Assembly (NCBI GenBank): GCA_963848285.1
Contig: CAWKCZ010000007.1
Span: 361,597 to 425,596, forward strand
Source: an uncultured delta proteobacterium
Lineage (GTDB): Bacteria > Desulfobacterota > Binatia > Binatales > Binataceae
Direction of reading: 5' to 3'
DNA: 64,000 nt
Positions 23,111 to 33,471 of the stretch are shown one piece after another (position 1 is the stretch's first letter; every line of letters begins with the position of its first letter). The position numbers and the translations under genes are program-made. Under the pieces are notes generated by a model. That model had not been told where the DNA came from and made no database searches. It saw only the letters and a list, made by a program, of their open reading frames with translations.

Positions 23111-23284
23111 CGCGAATAAATCTCCACGAGCACTCCTCTCTCGCATTTTTCCGCGGGATGAGGACGACGGGCGCGGCTCTCGCCATGGCTGCGAAGCGAG
23201 AACCGTGCCCGCCGGGTGAGGGTGCTGCGAATGCCACCTCCAGTGGAAGAATCCACCCTCGCACTCCTGCTAAAATGTCCCACC

Positions 23285-24617
23285 ATGGCCGCCAAGGAGG
23301 AAAAGGCCCTCGCGATCCTGCGCCGCCTGCGCGACAACGGCTTCATCGCGCTCTTCAACGGCGGATGTGTGCGCGATCGCCTGCTCGGAATTCCCATCAA
23401 GGACTACGACATCGCCACCGATGCGCGTCCCGAAGTCGTGCAGCGCCTGTTCGAGAAGACCGTCGCAGTCGGCGCGCAGTTCGGCGTCATCATGGTGATC
23501 GATCGATGGCGATCCGTTCGAGGTTGCAACCTTCCGCGCCGACGCCCCTTATGATCGATGGCCGCCGCCCTTCGTCGGTCCGCTTCGGCGCCATCGAGGA
23601 GGATGCCAAGCGCCGCGACTTCACCATCGGTGGAATGTACTACGATCCCTTCGAGGATCGCCTCATCGATACCGGTCGAGGGGATGCGCGATCTGCGCGC
23701 CGGCATCATCCGCGCGATCGGCAATCCCTACGATCGCTTTGCCGAGGATCATCTCCGCGTGCATGCGCGCCGCGCGTTTCGCCGCGCGCCTAAACTTTAC
23801 CATCGAGCCCGAGACGCATGCGCGCGATGAAGGCGACTGCGCCGATGGTGCCGAAGGTTTCCGCTGAGCGCATCGGCGAGGAAATCGTCCGCCTGATGAC
23901 TGAAGGTGGCGCCGCGCGCGGCATGGACCTCATGGTCGAGACCGGCATCATGAAAGAGGTGCTGCCCGAAGTGCTGCCGATGATCGGATGCCTGCAGCCG
24001 GCAAACTATCATCCCGAGGGCGACGTGTACGTGCACACCAAGATCGCGGTCGCGATGCTGAGTCCCGGATGCACGCGAGACGCTCGCGTTCGGAATTCTT
24101 TTTCACGACGTCGCGAAACCGCAAACCCGCGCCGAGCAAAATGGCAAGGTGACCTACTACGGCCACACCGATATCGGCGCGCGAGATGGCGATCGACATT
24201 CTCGCGCGGCTGCGCCGCTCGCGCGCGGTGCAGGAACGCGTCGCCTACCTGGTGAAGAATCATCTAAAGCTCACGATGGCGCCGCGCATGCGCACCTCGA
24301 CGCTCAAGCGGATGCTCAGCCGAAGACGGCTTCGACGAGCTGCTCGAAGTGAGCAGGATGGACGCGCTCGCGTCGAGCTCCTACCTCGGGCATTACCATT
24401 TCTGCCGCCACGCGATGGCGCGAGATGACGCCCGCGCAGATGCGCCCGCCGCGCTTCGTCAGCGGCACGGATCTCATCGGGATGGGATTCAAGCCGGGCC
24501 CCGCCTTCAAAAACATTTTGCAGGAAGCTCGAGGACCTGCAACTCGACGGCGCACTCGCCGACCGCGAGGCGGCCATCGCCTACATCCGCCAGCACTATT
24601 CCGCGGCTGGAAACTGA
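23285..24617 (+). CDS. cca: CCA tRNA nucleotidyltransferase (poly(A) polymerase family); at least 5 frameshifts
   Basis: MAAKEEKALAILRRLRDNGFIALFNGGCVRDRLLGIPIKDYDIATDARPEVVQRLFEKTVAVGAQFGVIMVI / ...[39 protein letters not shown] / ...DLRAGIIRAIGNPYDRFAEDHLRVHARRAF / ...ERIGEEIVRLM... / ...AFGILFHDVAKPQT...HTDIGA / ...ERVAYLVKNHL. Confidence 0.75.
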
Positions 24618-24622
24618 GCGGC

Positions 24623-26123
24623 TTGCTCGAAGCGAAATCCATCACGCGACGATTTGGGCGCACGCGTCGCGCTCGACGATGTCAACTTCGTCGCGCGTGC
24701 GGGCGAGATCCACGCACTGCTCGGCGAGAACGGCGCGGGCAAAACCACGCTCATGAATGTGTTCACCGGGTCGCGTCCGTCCCGATGCGGGGATCGGTGA
24801 ATCTCGAGGGCACGCCGCTGGCGTTGGGCATCGCCCGAAGCCGCTTTGCGCGCCGGCATCGCCGCGGTGCATCAGAGCCCGATGCTGTTCGAGCGTTTCA
24901 CCTGGGAGGAAAACCTCGCGCTCGGCGGCTTCGAACGCGACGGAATCGTCTTGGGATCGAGCGGAATCGATTTGGAAAGCGTCGTGGCGAAAGCGCGCGA
25001 CCTCGCGCGTCATCTCGGCTTCGAGTTGCCGCCGCCGCGCGCCATCATCGCGGAGCGATCGGTCGCCGAGCGCGTCCGTCTCGAGGTTCTGCGCGCGTTG
25101 AGTTTCGACCCGCGCGTGCTGATTCTCGATGAGCCTACCGGCGTCCTCGCGCCCAACGAGCTGACGCGCATTTCTCGATCTTCTGCGACGGCTGCGCGGT
25201 GAAGGCCGCATGGTCATTCTCATCACGCACAAACTGGCCGAGGCGCGCGCGGTCGCCGATCGCATCACGGTGCTGCGCGGCGGCCGCGTCGTCGCGGAAA
25301 CCACGCCCGCCGAGTCCGATGAAGCCGATCTGGCGCGTCTGATGATCGGTGAGCTTGCCGCGTCGCGCTCCCGAAGCCAACTTCCGCCAGTAGCAAAAGC
25401 CGACACCCTGCTCGAAATCGATAATCTGTCGCTTCGAAACGACGGCATTACGATCCTCGACGGAATTTCTCTGCGGCTCACGGCCGGCGAGATCGTGGGC
25501 ATTGCGGGTGTCGACGGCAACGGACAGGCCGAGCTGACCGAAGTCCTCGCCGGTGCGCGCGGCTCCAGTTCGCGGAACGATCAGGGTTCACGGCGGCGCC
25601 CACAGCGCCGCGATTGCAGTAATTCCGCAAGATCGCGACCTCGACGGGCTCATCCTCGACATGCCGCTGTGGGAAAATCTACTGCTCGCGCCGCCGATTC
25701 GCGCCGCGGTCACCCGCAAGCGATGGCTTGAGGTGAACCGCGCGCAGCGGCTCTGTACCGAAGCGCTACAAACGTTTCGCATTCGCGCGGCCGGTCCTGA
25801 GGCGCTCGCGTCCTCGCTCTCGGGCGGAAATCGCCAGCGCTTTGAGGTCGCCCGCGCGATGACGCAGCGGCCGCGCGTGATCGTCGCGCACAACGTGACG
25901 CGCGGACTGGACCTCGCCGCGACCGCCGAGGTCCATCGCATCCTGCTCGAATTTGCCGCCGAATGGCGGTGCGGTGCTGCTGATTGCGAGCGACCTCGAC
26001 GAGTTGCTTGCGATCGCGAGCAGACTCTATGTCATCAGTCGCGGCAAAATCCGCGCGACCGACCCCATCGATCGTACGCCCGAGAAGCTCGGCCTGCTGA
26101 TGGCCGGACGTTGGAATGACTGA
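24623..26123 (+). CDS. ABC transporter ATP-binding protein with two tandem ATPase domains (sugar/nucleoside CUT2/BMP-type); frameshifted; start uncertain
   Basis: [12 protein letters not shown] / [36 protein letters not shown] (Walker A) / ...[18 protein letters not shown] / ...[28 protein letters not shown] (second Walker A) / ...[15 protein letters not shown]... Confidence 0.7.
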
Positions 26124-27198
26124 GATGCTCGCCAGGATCGGGCTGATCGGAAAGCCCGCGGCCGCGGTCGCCCTCGCCATCGCACTGATATCGCTGGTGC
26201 TGTTGGCTCTGGGAGCCTCTCCGGCGGGAGTGTTCCTGGCGTTGGGGCAGGGAGCATTTGGCAATTGGATCGCGTTTACCGATTCGCTGGTGAAAGCGAC
26301 GCCGCTGGTTTTCACCGGACTCGCCATTTCGGTCGCATTTTCCGCCGCCCTGTATAACATCGGCGCCGACGGCCAACTCGTCATCGGAGCGATTGCAGCC
26401 GGCGCGGTGGGTCCCTTCCTCGGCGCATGGCCGCGCCCGCTGGCAATCACGATCGTTCTCGTCGCCGGTGCGCTGGGCGGTGCGATGTGGAGTGGTATCT
26501 GCGGATGGCTGCGCGCGCGGCGCGACACCAACGAGGTCATCAGCACCATCATGCTGAACTTCGTCGCCGCGCAAATCCTGAGCTGGACCGTGCACGGACC
26601 GCTGATGGAGGCCTCGCACGCGTATCCGCAAAGCATGCCGCTCGCGCCGAGCGCCGAGATGTACATGTTCCTGCCGCCGACGCGGCTCAACCTCGGGATG
26701 CTGCTGGCGCTGGCCCTCGCGCTCGCGACGTATTTGTTTCTGTTCCGCAGCGACATCGGTTTCCAGTTGCGCGCGATGGGAAAAAATCGGCGTGCCGCGA
26801 ATTTCTTTCGCGTCCCGATCGCCTCGCTGACCATCTGGACGATGGCTCTTTCGGGCGCGCTCGCGGGGCTGGGCGGCGCGGTCCAAATCTCCGCCATCAA
26901 TCATCGGCTGTATGAAAAAGTCTCGCCCGGATGGGGTTTCGAGGCGATCGCCGTCGCGCTGGTCGCGCGCCTCAATCCGCTCGCGATCGTCGCGACGGCG
27001 ATTTTCTTCGGTGCGCTCGACAACGGCTCGCAGGCGATGCAACGCACCGAGGGCGTTTCTCCCGTGCTGGTGCAGGTTATCCAGGCGATGGTGATTCTCA
27101 TCCTGCTCGCGTTCGACACCAGCGCATGGGGCAATTTGCGCGATGCCTTGGCGCGCTCACGCACAGTCACCACAAGCGCCGGGACCCGCGATGCTTGA
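26116..27198 (+). CDS. ABC transporter permease (first of two); intact, 360 aa
   Basis: Multi-TM hydrophobic profile; overlaps the ATPase stop (ATGACTGA); typical BMP/CUT2-type permease. Confidence 0.8.
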   Translation: MTEMLARIGLIGKPAAAVALAIALISLVLLALGASPAGVFLALGQGAFGNWIAFTDSLVKATPLVFTGLAISVAFSAALYNIGADGQLVIGAIAAGAVGPFLGAWPRPLAITIVLVAGALGGAMWSGICGWLRARRDTNEVISTIMLNFVAAQILSWTVHGPLMEASHAYPQSMPLAPSAEMYMFLPPTRLNLGMLLALALALATYLFLFRSDIGFQLRAMGKNRRAANFFRVPIASLTIWTMALSGALAGLGGAVQISAINHRLYEKVSPGWGFEAIAVALVARLNPLAIVATAIFFGALDNGSQAMQRTEGVSPVLVQVIQAMVILILLAFDTSAWGNLRDALARSRTVTTSAGTRDA

Positions 27199-28114
27199 AG
27201 GCGAGCTGCAGGCATTCCTCACCTCGACCATCGCGATGGCGACGCCGATCCTGCTCGCCGCGTTGGGTGAATTGCTGGTCGAGGAAAGCGGCATCATCAA
27301 TATAGGCATCGAGGGGGCGATGCTGGCGGGCGCGTTCTTCGCGCTGTCCGGCGTGTACTTCACCGGCAGCATCGCGGTCGGATTGCTATGCGCGATGGCG
27401 GCGGCAATCGCTATCAACGCAATGCTCGGGGCGCTGGTGATCAACCTCGCAGTCAACCAGGTGGTCGCGGGAACTGCGCTGGATATTTTCGCCGCCGGCA
27501 TCACCGGGGTTTTCTATCGCCGCTTTTTCGGCATCACCGGCAAGGCTTTCATCGTCACGCCGCTGCGTACGATTGCACTGGGACCGCTGGCGAAGATTCC
27601 GCTCCTCGGTCCGATGCTGTTTAACCATACGCCGCTGGTCTATTTCGCATTCGTGTCGGTGCCGATGCTCGCATGGCTGTTGCATCGCACGCGCTACGGG
27701 CTGCGGCTGCGCGCGGCCGGCGAGCGTCCCGAAGCGGCCGACGCGCTGGGACTTCGCGTCTATGCGATCCGATGGCAGGCGCTGATGATCTCGGGTGTGC
27801 TGACCGGGCTGGCGGGCGCGTTTCTCAGCGTGGCGTATGCGAATACGTTCGTGGAGAACATTTCGGCAGGACGCGGCTTCGTCGCACTCGCGGTGGTGAT
27901 CCTCGGACGGCGCAATCCGTGGGGCCTCGCCGCCGCCTCGATCCTGTTCGGCGCCGCGATGGCGCTGCAGTTCGGCTTGCAGGCACTCGGCACCGCGATT
28001 CCATATCAGCTTTTCCTCGCGCTGCCGTACGTGCTGACCCTGGTAGTGCTGGCGTTCTTCGGTGGCCAGGCGCGCGACCCCAGCGCACTCGGCGTCCCGT
28101 ACACGCGGAGTTGA
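27191..28114 (+). CDS. ABC transporter permease (second); intact
   Basis: MLEGELQAFLTSTIAMATPILLAALGELLVEESGIINIGIEGAML... multi-TM. Confidence 0.8.
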   Translation: MLEGELQAFLTSTIAMATPILLAALGELLVEESGIINIGIEGAMLAGAFFALSGVYFTGSIAVGLLCAMAAAIAINAMLGALVINLAVNQVVAGTALDIFAAGITGVFYRRFFGITGKAFIVTPLRTIALGPLAKIPLLGPMLFNHTPLVYFAFVSVPMLAWLLHRTRYGLRLRAAGERPEAADALGLRVYAIRWQALMISGVLTGLAGAFLSVAYANTFVENISAGRGFVALAVVILGRRNPWGLAAASILFGAAMALQFGLQALGTAIPYQLFLALPYVLTLVVLAFFGGQARDPSALGVPYTRS

Positions 28115-28141
28115 CAAATAGTCGCCTCGTCCTGATGATCG

Positions 28142-29377
28142 ATGGATGAGGGGGCCTCGAAGTTGTCATCGACCAAACTGACTACACGTCTCATCGTGAT
28201 TGCGGCTGTGTTCGCGCTCGCCGGCTGCGCCGCGACCCAACCGCCATCCGCAGAGAATAATCCGCGACCGGAGTTCAAATTCGCCGGCGGGACTTTCAGT
28301 TCAGTAAGCGACCCTCCGACCGATACGAGTGTGGAAGTAAAATACGACGATGGTGCAATTCTAAAGACAGTGCAGTCAGCGCGATTCGGGTCCGGAGTCC
28401 ACAACGGAAGTGTGAACGCCTTCGAAGCCCTTTGTAAAAACCCACCGAATTGTCCGGAAGTGCAATACCAGGACCGTTTCTACGGAGTTGGACCCATCGA
28501 CGGACGCAATTGGATGGATACGGAACTATGGCTGCTGGGAGACTTCAACGCTTCGAGCGACGGGCTCAAATATCAGGCCTGCCGCAACGGCCACATTTAC
28601 AGCGCCGGCGATTTGAAAACTTTGATGGATGTGATCGACAAAGTTGAAAGCAATCCGGCTGGCGCCAAATCCGATCCCGAAGTAGCGAAGCAGCTTGTTA
28701 CCGACGACGCTTTGGTCCTGCGCCTGCCGGTATGTAACTGGCGGCATCGGATCGGACTCGAAGCTGTCTATCCGCCACCCGCCAACGCCGCGAAGGTGCG
28801 CATCGTGCCCGCGAGCCATACCCGATTCGCCTATGTTGAAGCGAAGGGCGACAACGGCGGGGTCGACATCTATATCGACACGGATCATCGGCGTATCGAT
28901 CGATTCGTCTTCACCTCCTCCAAGGGTTCGTTCTCGTTGCGTCCCGTGTACAGCGAAACCGACTGCCCGCTGCTCGATCGCTGCGAACACATGACGCTCG
29001 AATTAGGGAAGCATCAGGACCTGTTGGATATCCGCTCACTTGATGACGAGCCGCTTTCGCAGTCGCGGCTGTTCGAGGTGCGCAATACGCGCGACGGCAC
29101 CAAACAGTACGACGGATGTGCGGGCGGCAGGCTCTACGCGGGCAAGAATCGTCAGACCGTCGAAAGCGAAATAAAAATCGCGCTAGAAAATCCCGCGCCG
29201 CCTCGTCCGCAAGGTGCTCCAATGCTGGGGGCGCCCGCCATCTCCGAAAGTGGCGATACCGTCATCCCCGATGGATTTTGCGACTGGACCGTGCGCACGC
29301 GTCAGATGCAGGCGGCCATGAAAAACCAGGGTGCCGAACCGTCGAGCAACTATGTTCCCGGCGCGTGGCGACAGTGA
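28142..29377 (+). CDS. Hypothetical lipoprotein (lipobox LAGCAA), 411 aa; intact; lower GC than its neighbours
   Basis: Signal peptide plus lipobox directly downstream of the permeases; no resemblance to BMP-family binding proteins that I can recognise. Confidence 0.55.
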   Translation: MDEGASKLSSTKLTTRLIVIAAVFALAGCAATQPPSAENNPRPEFKFAGGTFSSVSDPPTDTSVEVKYDDGAILKTVQSARFGSGVHNGSVNAFEALCKNPPNCPEVQYQDRFYGVGPIDGRNWMDTELWLLGDFNASSDGLKYQACRNGHIYSAGDLKTLMDVIDKVESNPAGAKSDPEVAKQLVTDDALVLRLPVCNWRHRIGLEAVYPPPANAAKVRIVPASHTRFAYVEAKGDNGGVDIYIDTDHRRIDRFVFTSSKGSFSLRPVYSETDCPLLDRCEHMTLELGKHQDLLDIRSLDDEPLSQSRLFEVRNTRDGTKQYDGCAGGRLYAGKNRQTVESEIKIALENPAPPRPQGAPMLGAPAISESGDTVIPDGFCDWTVRTRQMQAAMKNQGAEPSSNYVPGAWRQ

Positions 29378-29389
29378 TAGCTTAGTCGC

Positions 29390-29662
29390 ATGCGCGAGGA
29401 CGTACCCACCACTTCCGCTTTTCCCACTGCGCGATGCGAGTCATGCGCCAAGTCGGTGCTCACTTACGTCATCCTCGATGCGCGCGGCGACGAGGTCCGC
29501 TGCTGCGTGCATTGCGATGGCCCCATCGCCCAGTCATTGCGCTGGCTGACCGCATGGGAGCTCGAGGCCGAGGGCTACGAGATCGGCTATCGTCCGCGCG
29601 AGGAAAAATCCGGCGGCGGATGCGGCAGCGGCTGCGGAACGTGTTCAACCCGTAAAAATTGA
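29390..29662 (+). CDS. Small zinc-ribbon protein (C-x2-C ... CC-x2-C) with a Gly/Cys-rich tail GGGCGSGCGTCS; FmdB-like
   Basis: MREDVPTTSAFPTARCESCAKSVLTYVILDARGDEVRCCVHCDG...EKSGGGCGSGCGTCSTRKN. Confidence 0.4.
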   Translation: MREDVPTTSAFPTARCESCAKSVLTYVILDARGDEVRCCVHCDGPIAQSLRWLTAWELEAEGYEIGYRPREEKSGGGCGSGCGTCSTRKN

Positions 29663-29676
29663 AATCCCGAAATGAA

Positions 29677-29702
29677 AAAGGCGCCCTGGGAGCGCCTTTT
29701 TT
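29677..29702. terminator. Intrinsic terminator AAAAAGGCGCCCTGGGAGCGCCTTTTTTTTGG, bidirectional between convergent genes
   Basis: GC stem plus T8 run. Confidence 0.65.
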
Positions 29703-29724
29703 TTGGTTGGCTGCTTGCGGCTGA

Positions 29725-29958
29725 TTAGCCCTTTAGTCCGAGAAAGTGCTTCAGCTTCTCGGCATCGAAGCCGAGTATCGCCTGGTTATCGACCTTGATT
29801 ACCGGCGCGGCGCGATAGCCCATCGCGAGGAGTTCCTCGCGCGCCTTCGCATCTTCGGAAACATTGCGCTCGGTAAAGTCCACGCCATTGCGAGTCAGAA
29901 ACTCTTTGGCGTGATTGCAAGCGTTGCAGCCATGCATCGTATAAACCGTGACGTTCAT
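29725..29958 (-). CDS. Glutaredoxin/NrdH-like small redoxin (C-N-A-C active site)
   Basis: MNVTVYTMHGCNACNHAKEFLTRNGVDFTERNVSED... Confidence 0.6.
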   Translation of the reverse strand: MNVTVYTMHGCNACNHAKEFLTRNGVDFTERNVSEDAKAREELLAMGYRAAPVIKVDNQAILGFDAEKLKHFLGLKG

Positions 29959-30161
29959 CTGACGGCATGACCTCCTGAACGACCGTACAATTCCAGCCTA
30001 GCACTCCCTACCACGCGAAGCGCGGTGGTCCAAGAGCCGCAAAGCCTCGAAAAATCGGCCCTTCAATCATTAGACGAAGCCGGCCGGGAATAAATTGCGC
30101 CGCCGATCGGTATACGGGGTGGACGCCAAACGAGCGCGTCCGCGGAGGAAGAAACATCATC

Positions 30162-31139
30162 ATGCCAAAAGAACTCGATCGGCGTGCATTTTTGCGCATC
30201 GCCGGCATCTCGATGGGTGCGGCGGCGCTTTATCAATTCGCACCCAAACTCGTCGCCGGGCAGGCGGTCGCAAAATCGCTGCGCGATGCCAACGGTGAGG
30301 CGCCCGCACCATTTCGCTTCGCCCAACTGAGTGACGCGCACGTCGGTTTCAGCGGGCCACCCGACCCGCTCGGCACCAAGGCCTTTGAGCATGCGGTCGA
30401 TTTGCTCAACGCCTCGGGGCGGCCGCCCGAGCTGGTGCTCTTCACCGGCGACCTGACGCATGACGCGGAGAAGCGCGATGAGCATGCGAGCCGGATGCGC
30501 AAGTTCAAGGAAATCGCAGGCCGCCTCAAAGCGTCGAAACTCTACTTCGTGCCGGGCGAGCACGACGCGGGCCTCGACGGCGGGCAGCTTTATCGCGAGT
30601 TCTTCGGCGCGAGCTGGTATTCGTTCGATCATCGCGGCGTACATTTTGTAGGCCTCGATAATGTCTCGCGCGCCAAACCGGAGGTTGGACCGGAGCAGCG
30701 CGCGTGGCTGGTCAACGACCTCACGCGATTTCCCAAGACTGCACCGATAGTGGTCTTCACGCATCGGCCGCTGTTCGACCTCAAGCCCGAATGGGAATGG
30801 TTCACCAGCGACGGTCCCGAGGTGATGAAGATCCTCGCGCCGTTCGAAAACGTGACGGTGCTGTATGGCCACATCCATCGGCGCGATGTGCACAAGGAAG
30901 CCACCGTGAGTCATTACGCGGCGCGCTCGATGATTTTCGCGTTCCCCGATCCGCAAGTGGCGAAGGCCAAAAAGCCGATGCCCTTCGACCAAGGCGATCC
31001 ATTCAAGAACCTCGGCCTCCGGATGGTCGATGGGAACGCGCAGGGCAACCTCGCAGTCGATGACGTCGAGCTCAACGTGCGCGAATTCGCCGGTCGATCC
31101 GGCATCCAGCAAATTTTGCAAGCGGGAGTGTTAGGATGA
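30162..31139 (+). CDS. Calcineurin-like metallophosphoesterase with a Tat signal (RRAFLRIAG); intact
   Basis: ...FAQLSDAHVG...VLFTGDLTHD...GEHD...VFTHRPLF...GHIHR motifs. Confidence 0.75.
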   Translation: MPKELDRRAFLRIAGISMGAAALYQFAPKLVAGQAVAKSLRDANGEAPAPFRFAQLSDAHVGFSGPPDPLGTKAFEHAVDLLNASGRPPELVLFTGDLTHDAEKRDEHASRMRKFKEIAGRLKASKLYFVPGEHDAGLDGGQLYREFFGASWYSFDHRGVHFVGLDNVSRAKPEVGPEQRAWLVNDLTRFPKTAPIVVFTHRPLFDLKPEWEWFTSDGPEVMKILAPFENVTVLYGHIHRRDVHKEATVSHYAARSMIFAFPDPQVAKAKKPMPFDQGDPFKNLGLRMVDGNAQGNLAVDDVELNVREFAGRSGIQQILQAGVLG

Positions 31140-31496
31140 AGCTGAAATCATTTTTCCTCGCGAGTGCGTGTGCGATGGCGGTAGCGGCGATGCCTTCGCC
31201 CCAGGTCTCGGCAGATACACCACCGCGAGTCATCGAGATCAAAGCGAAGAAGTTCGAGTTCGCGCCCCATCAGCTCACCCTCAAGAAGGGTGAGACCGTG
31301 ACGCTCCACCTGGTGAGCGAGGATCGGGTGCACGGATTTTTCCAGCGCGCGCTCGGCATCGATACCGACATCGATCCTTCGAAGGCGGAGCGACGTCACG
31401 GTGACCCCGACCGCGCCCGGCACCTACCAGGTGATATGCGATCACTACTGCGGGTATGGTCACGGCAACATGAACATGACGATCACGGTGGAGTGA
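31136..31496 (+). CDS. Secreted cupredoxin-domain protein with a CuA-like motif C-x3-C-x3-H-x2-M; one frameshift near 31385
   Basis: MKLKSFFLASACAMAVAAMPSPQVSA...FEFAPHQLTLKKGETVTLHLVSEDRVHGF / ...VTVTPTAPGTYQVICDHYCGYGHGNMNMTITVE*. Overlaps the phosphoesterase stop (ATGA). Confidence 0.6.
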
Positions 31497-31569
31497 ATTA
31501 AGGCGCATGCGGTGAGAGTTGCCGCGTTCTTCTCAACGCAGATCGCAGACATAGGAGGTTAAGGCTCCG

Positions 31570-32300
31570 ATGGGTGAGCAAATCGGTGAGCGCGAGGTTG
31601 CGCACGCGTGGGATGCGAACGCGCTTGATATGGACCGCCGAGGTGCGCGCCGGCCACGACCGCAAGCCACGAGCTTTTCACCAGCCCCCGATTCATGGAG
31701 TTCCTTCCCGACCTGGCGGGGCTGAGCGTGATCGACCTCGGATGCGGCGAGGGACGCTATACGCGCGACGTTCGCGCGGCGCGGCGCGCGCATGACCGGC
31801 GTCGATATTTCGCCGCAGATGCTGGACCTCGCGCGGCAGGAGGAAGCGCGCGCGCCGCTCGGCATCCGCTACGAGCTCGAGTCCTCGGCGGAACTGCGCT
31901 CGTTCGCCGACCACCAGCTTCGATGCGGCGGTCTCGACTATGGCGCTGATGGATACGCCGGATTTTCCGGCCGTCGCGCGCGGGCGGCCTCCGCGTGATC
32001 CGTCCGGGAGGCGGATTTTACTTCAGCGTGCTTCATCCATGCTTCATGACGCGCGAATCGGGCTGGGCGACGGATGGCGAAGGGCGCGTGCATCGGCCGG
32101 CAGGATTAGCAATTATTGGGACGCGAGCCCTACACGCGAGGAGTGGGGCTTCGACGACGCGCCGCCGTTTACGATCTTCTATTTTCCCTATCGCCTCGAG
32201 GACTACATCAATGGACTGTGCGCCGCGCGGATTTCGCATCGAGCGCGTCGCAGGAGCCGCGCCCGAGCAAGGAGCTGATCGAGGCGCATCCGGAGATGCA
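31570..32300 (+). CDS. Class I SAM-dependent methyltransferase; at least 6 frameshifts in about 730 bp
   Basis: ...FMEFLPDLAGLSVIDLGCGEGRYTRDV / ...GARMTGVDISPQMLDLARQEEARAPLGIRYELESSAE / ...FDAAVSTMALMDTPDFPAV / ...LRVIRPGGGFYFSVLHPCFMT... / ...FTIFYFPYRLEDYINGL. Confidence 0.5.
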
Positions 32301-32619
32301 CATTCCTCAACCATGATGCATCATCACAGCGGCGTTCGTGCTGTTTGTCGCGGCGCGGAAAATTTGATCTTTTCGGGAAAGCGGATCCAGGGTTGCAATT
32401 GCGCGGCCGATCGCTAAGTTGAAATCGTACAATCTCGCGCGCGGCGATCGGCGCGATGAAAAATAGCTTGGGCTCGCGCCTGGATCCGAAAGTGGGGACC
32501 GGGACCCTGAGACTTGAGCGCTCTCCCATCGCCATTCCGCTCGCTGATTTGGCAAGAGTGTGCTCCTTTGTTCCGGGGTCGCCAGTGTCCGCATCGGCGG
32601 TCCCGAATTTTTTGAGGGA

Positions 32620-33471
32620 GCACGAACGTGGATCAGCCAAGAAAGTTCGCATTACCGATCTCGCCGCGATGAAATCGGCGCGCTCGCCAATCACGATGCT
32701 GACCGCGTACGACGCGCCGTTCGCGCGCATCTTCGACGAGGCCGGCGTCGACGCGCTGCTGGTCGGCGACAGCGTCGCGATGGTGGTGCAGGGCGCCGAC
32801 AGCACACTGCCAGTCACCGTCGAGGAAATCCTCTACCACACGCGCATCGTCGCGCGGGCGCGCAAGCGCGCTTTGCTCATCGCGGACATGCCGTTTCTCT
32901 CCTACCAGGTGAGCGCCGAGGATGCGCTGCGCAACGCCGGCCGCCTCATCAAGGAGGGCGGCGCCGAGGCGGTGAAGCTCGAAGGCGGCGTCGCGGTGGC
33001 CGAGACCGTCGCGCGCCTCAGCGCGAAGTCGACATTCCGGTGATGGGGCACATCGGGCTCACGCCGCAATCGATCCATCGGATGGGCGGGCATCGGGTGC
33101 AGGGCAATCGCGAGGGCAGCGCGCCCGGATGCCGTCAGCGCCTCATCGAGGATGCGAAGGCGCTGGAGGATGCGGGTGCGTTCGCGATCGTGCTGGAAGG
33201 AATTCCGGCGCCGCTCGCGCGCGAGATCACCGCGATGCTCGCGGTGCCGACCATCGGCATCGGCGCGGGCTCGCGATTGCGACGGGCAGGTGCTGGTGAT
33301 GCACGACATGCTCGGGCTCTCGGCGGGACTTCGTGCCGCGCTTCGCCAAACCCTACGCCAGCTTGTGGAATGACGCCTCGGCGGCGACCGCTCGCCTACC
33401 TGCGCGAAGTCAAAGAGCACGCCTTTCCGGGCCCGGAACATTCATACGGACTCAAGGGGAAACGCTCATGA
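32620..33471 (+). CDS. panB: 3-methyl-2-oxobutanoate hydroxymethyltransferase; about 4 frameshifts
   Basis: ...[48 protein letters not shown]...[12 protein letters not shown] / ...[25 protein letters not shown] / ...[31 protein letters not shown] / ...[10 protein letters not shown] / ...[17 protein letters not shown]. Confidence 0.8.
   Translation, partial: ARTWISQESSHYRSRRDEIGALANHDADRVRRAVRAHLRRGRRRRAAGRRQRRDGGAGRRQHTASHRRGNPLPHAHRRAGAQARFAHRGHAVSLLPGERRGCAAQRRPPHQGGRRRGGEARRRRRGGRDRRAPQREVDIPVMGHIGLTPQSIHRMGGHRVQGNREGSAPGCRQRLIEDAKALEDAGAFAIVLEGIPAPLAREITAMLAVPTIGIGAGSRLRRAGAGDARHARALGGTSCRASPNPTPACGMTPRRRPLAYLREVKEHAFPGPEHSYGLKGKRS

Noticed and set aside
28142-29377. Calling the lipoprotein the BMP-family substrate-binding protein of the ABC importer
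   Set aside because: The sequence lacks the BMP/PnrA-like motifs and its composition differs. It is left as a hypothetical lipoprotein.
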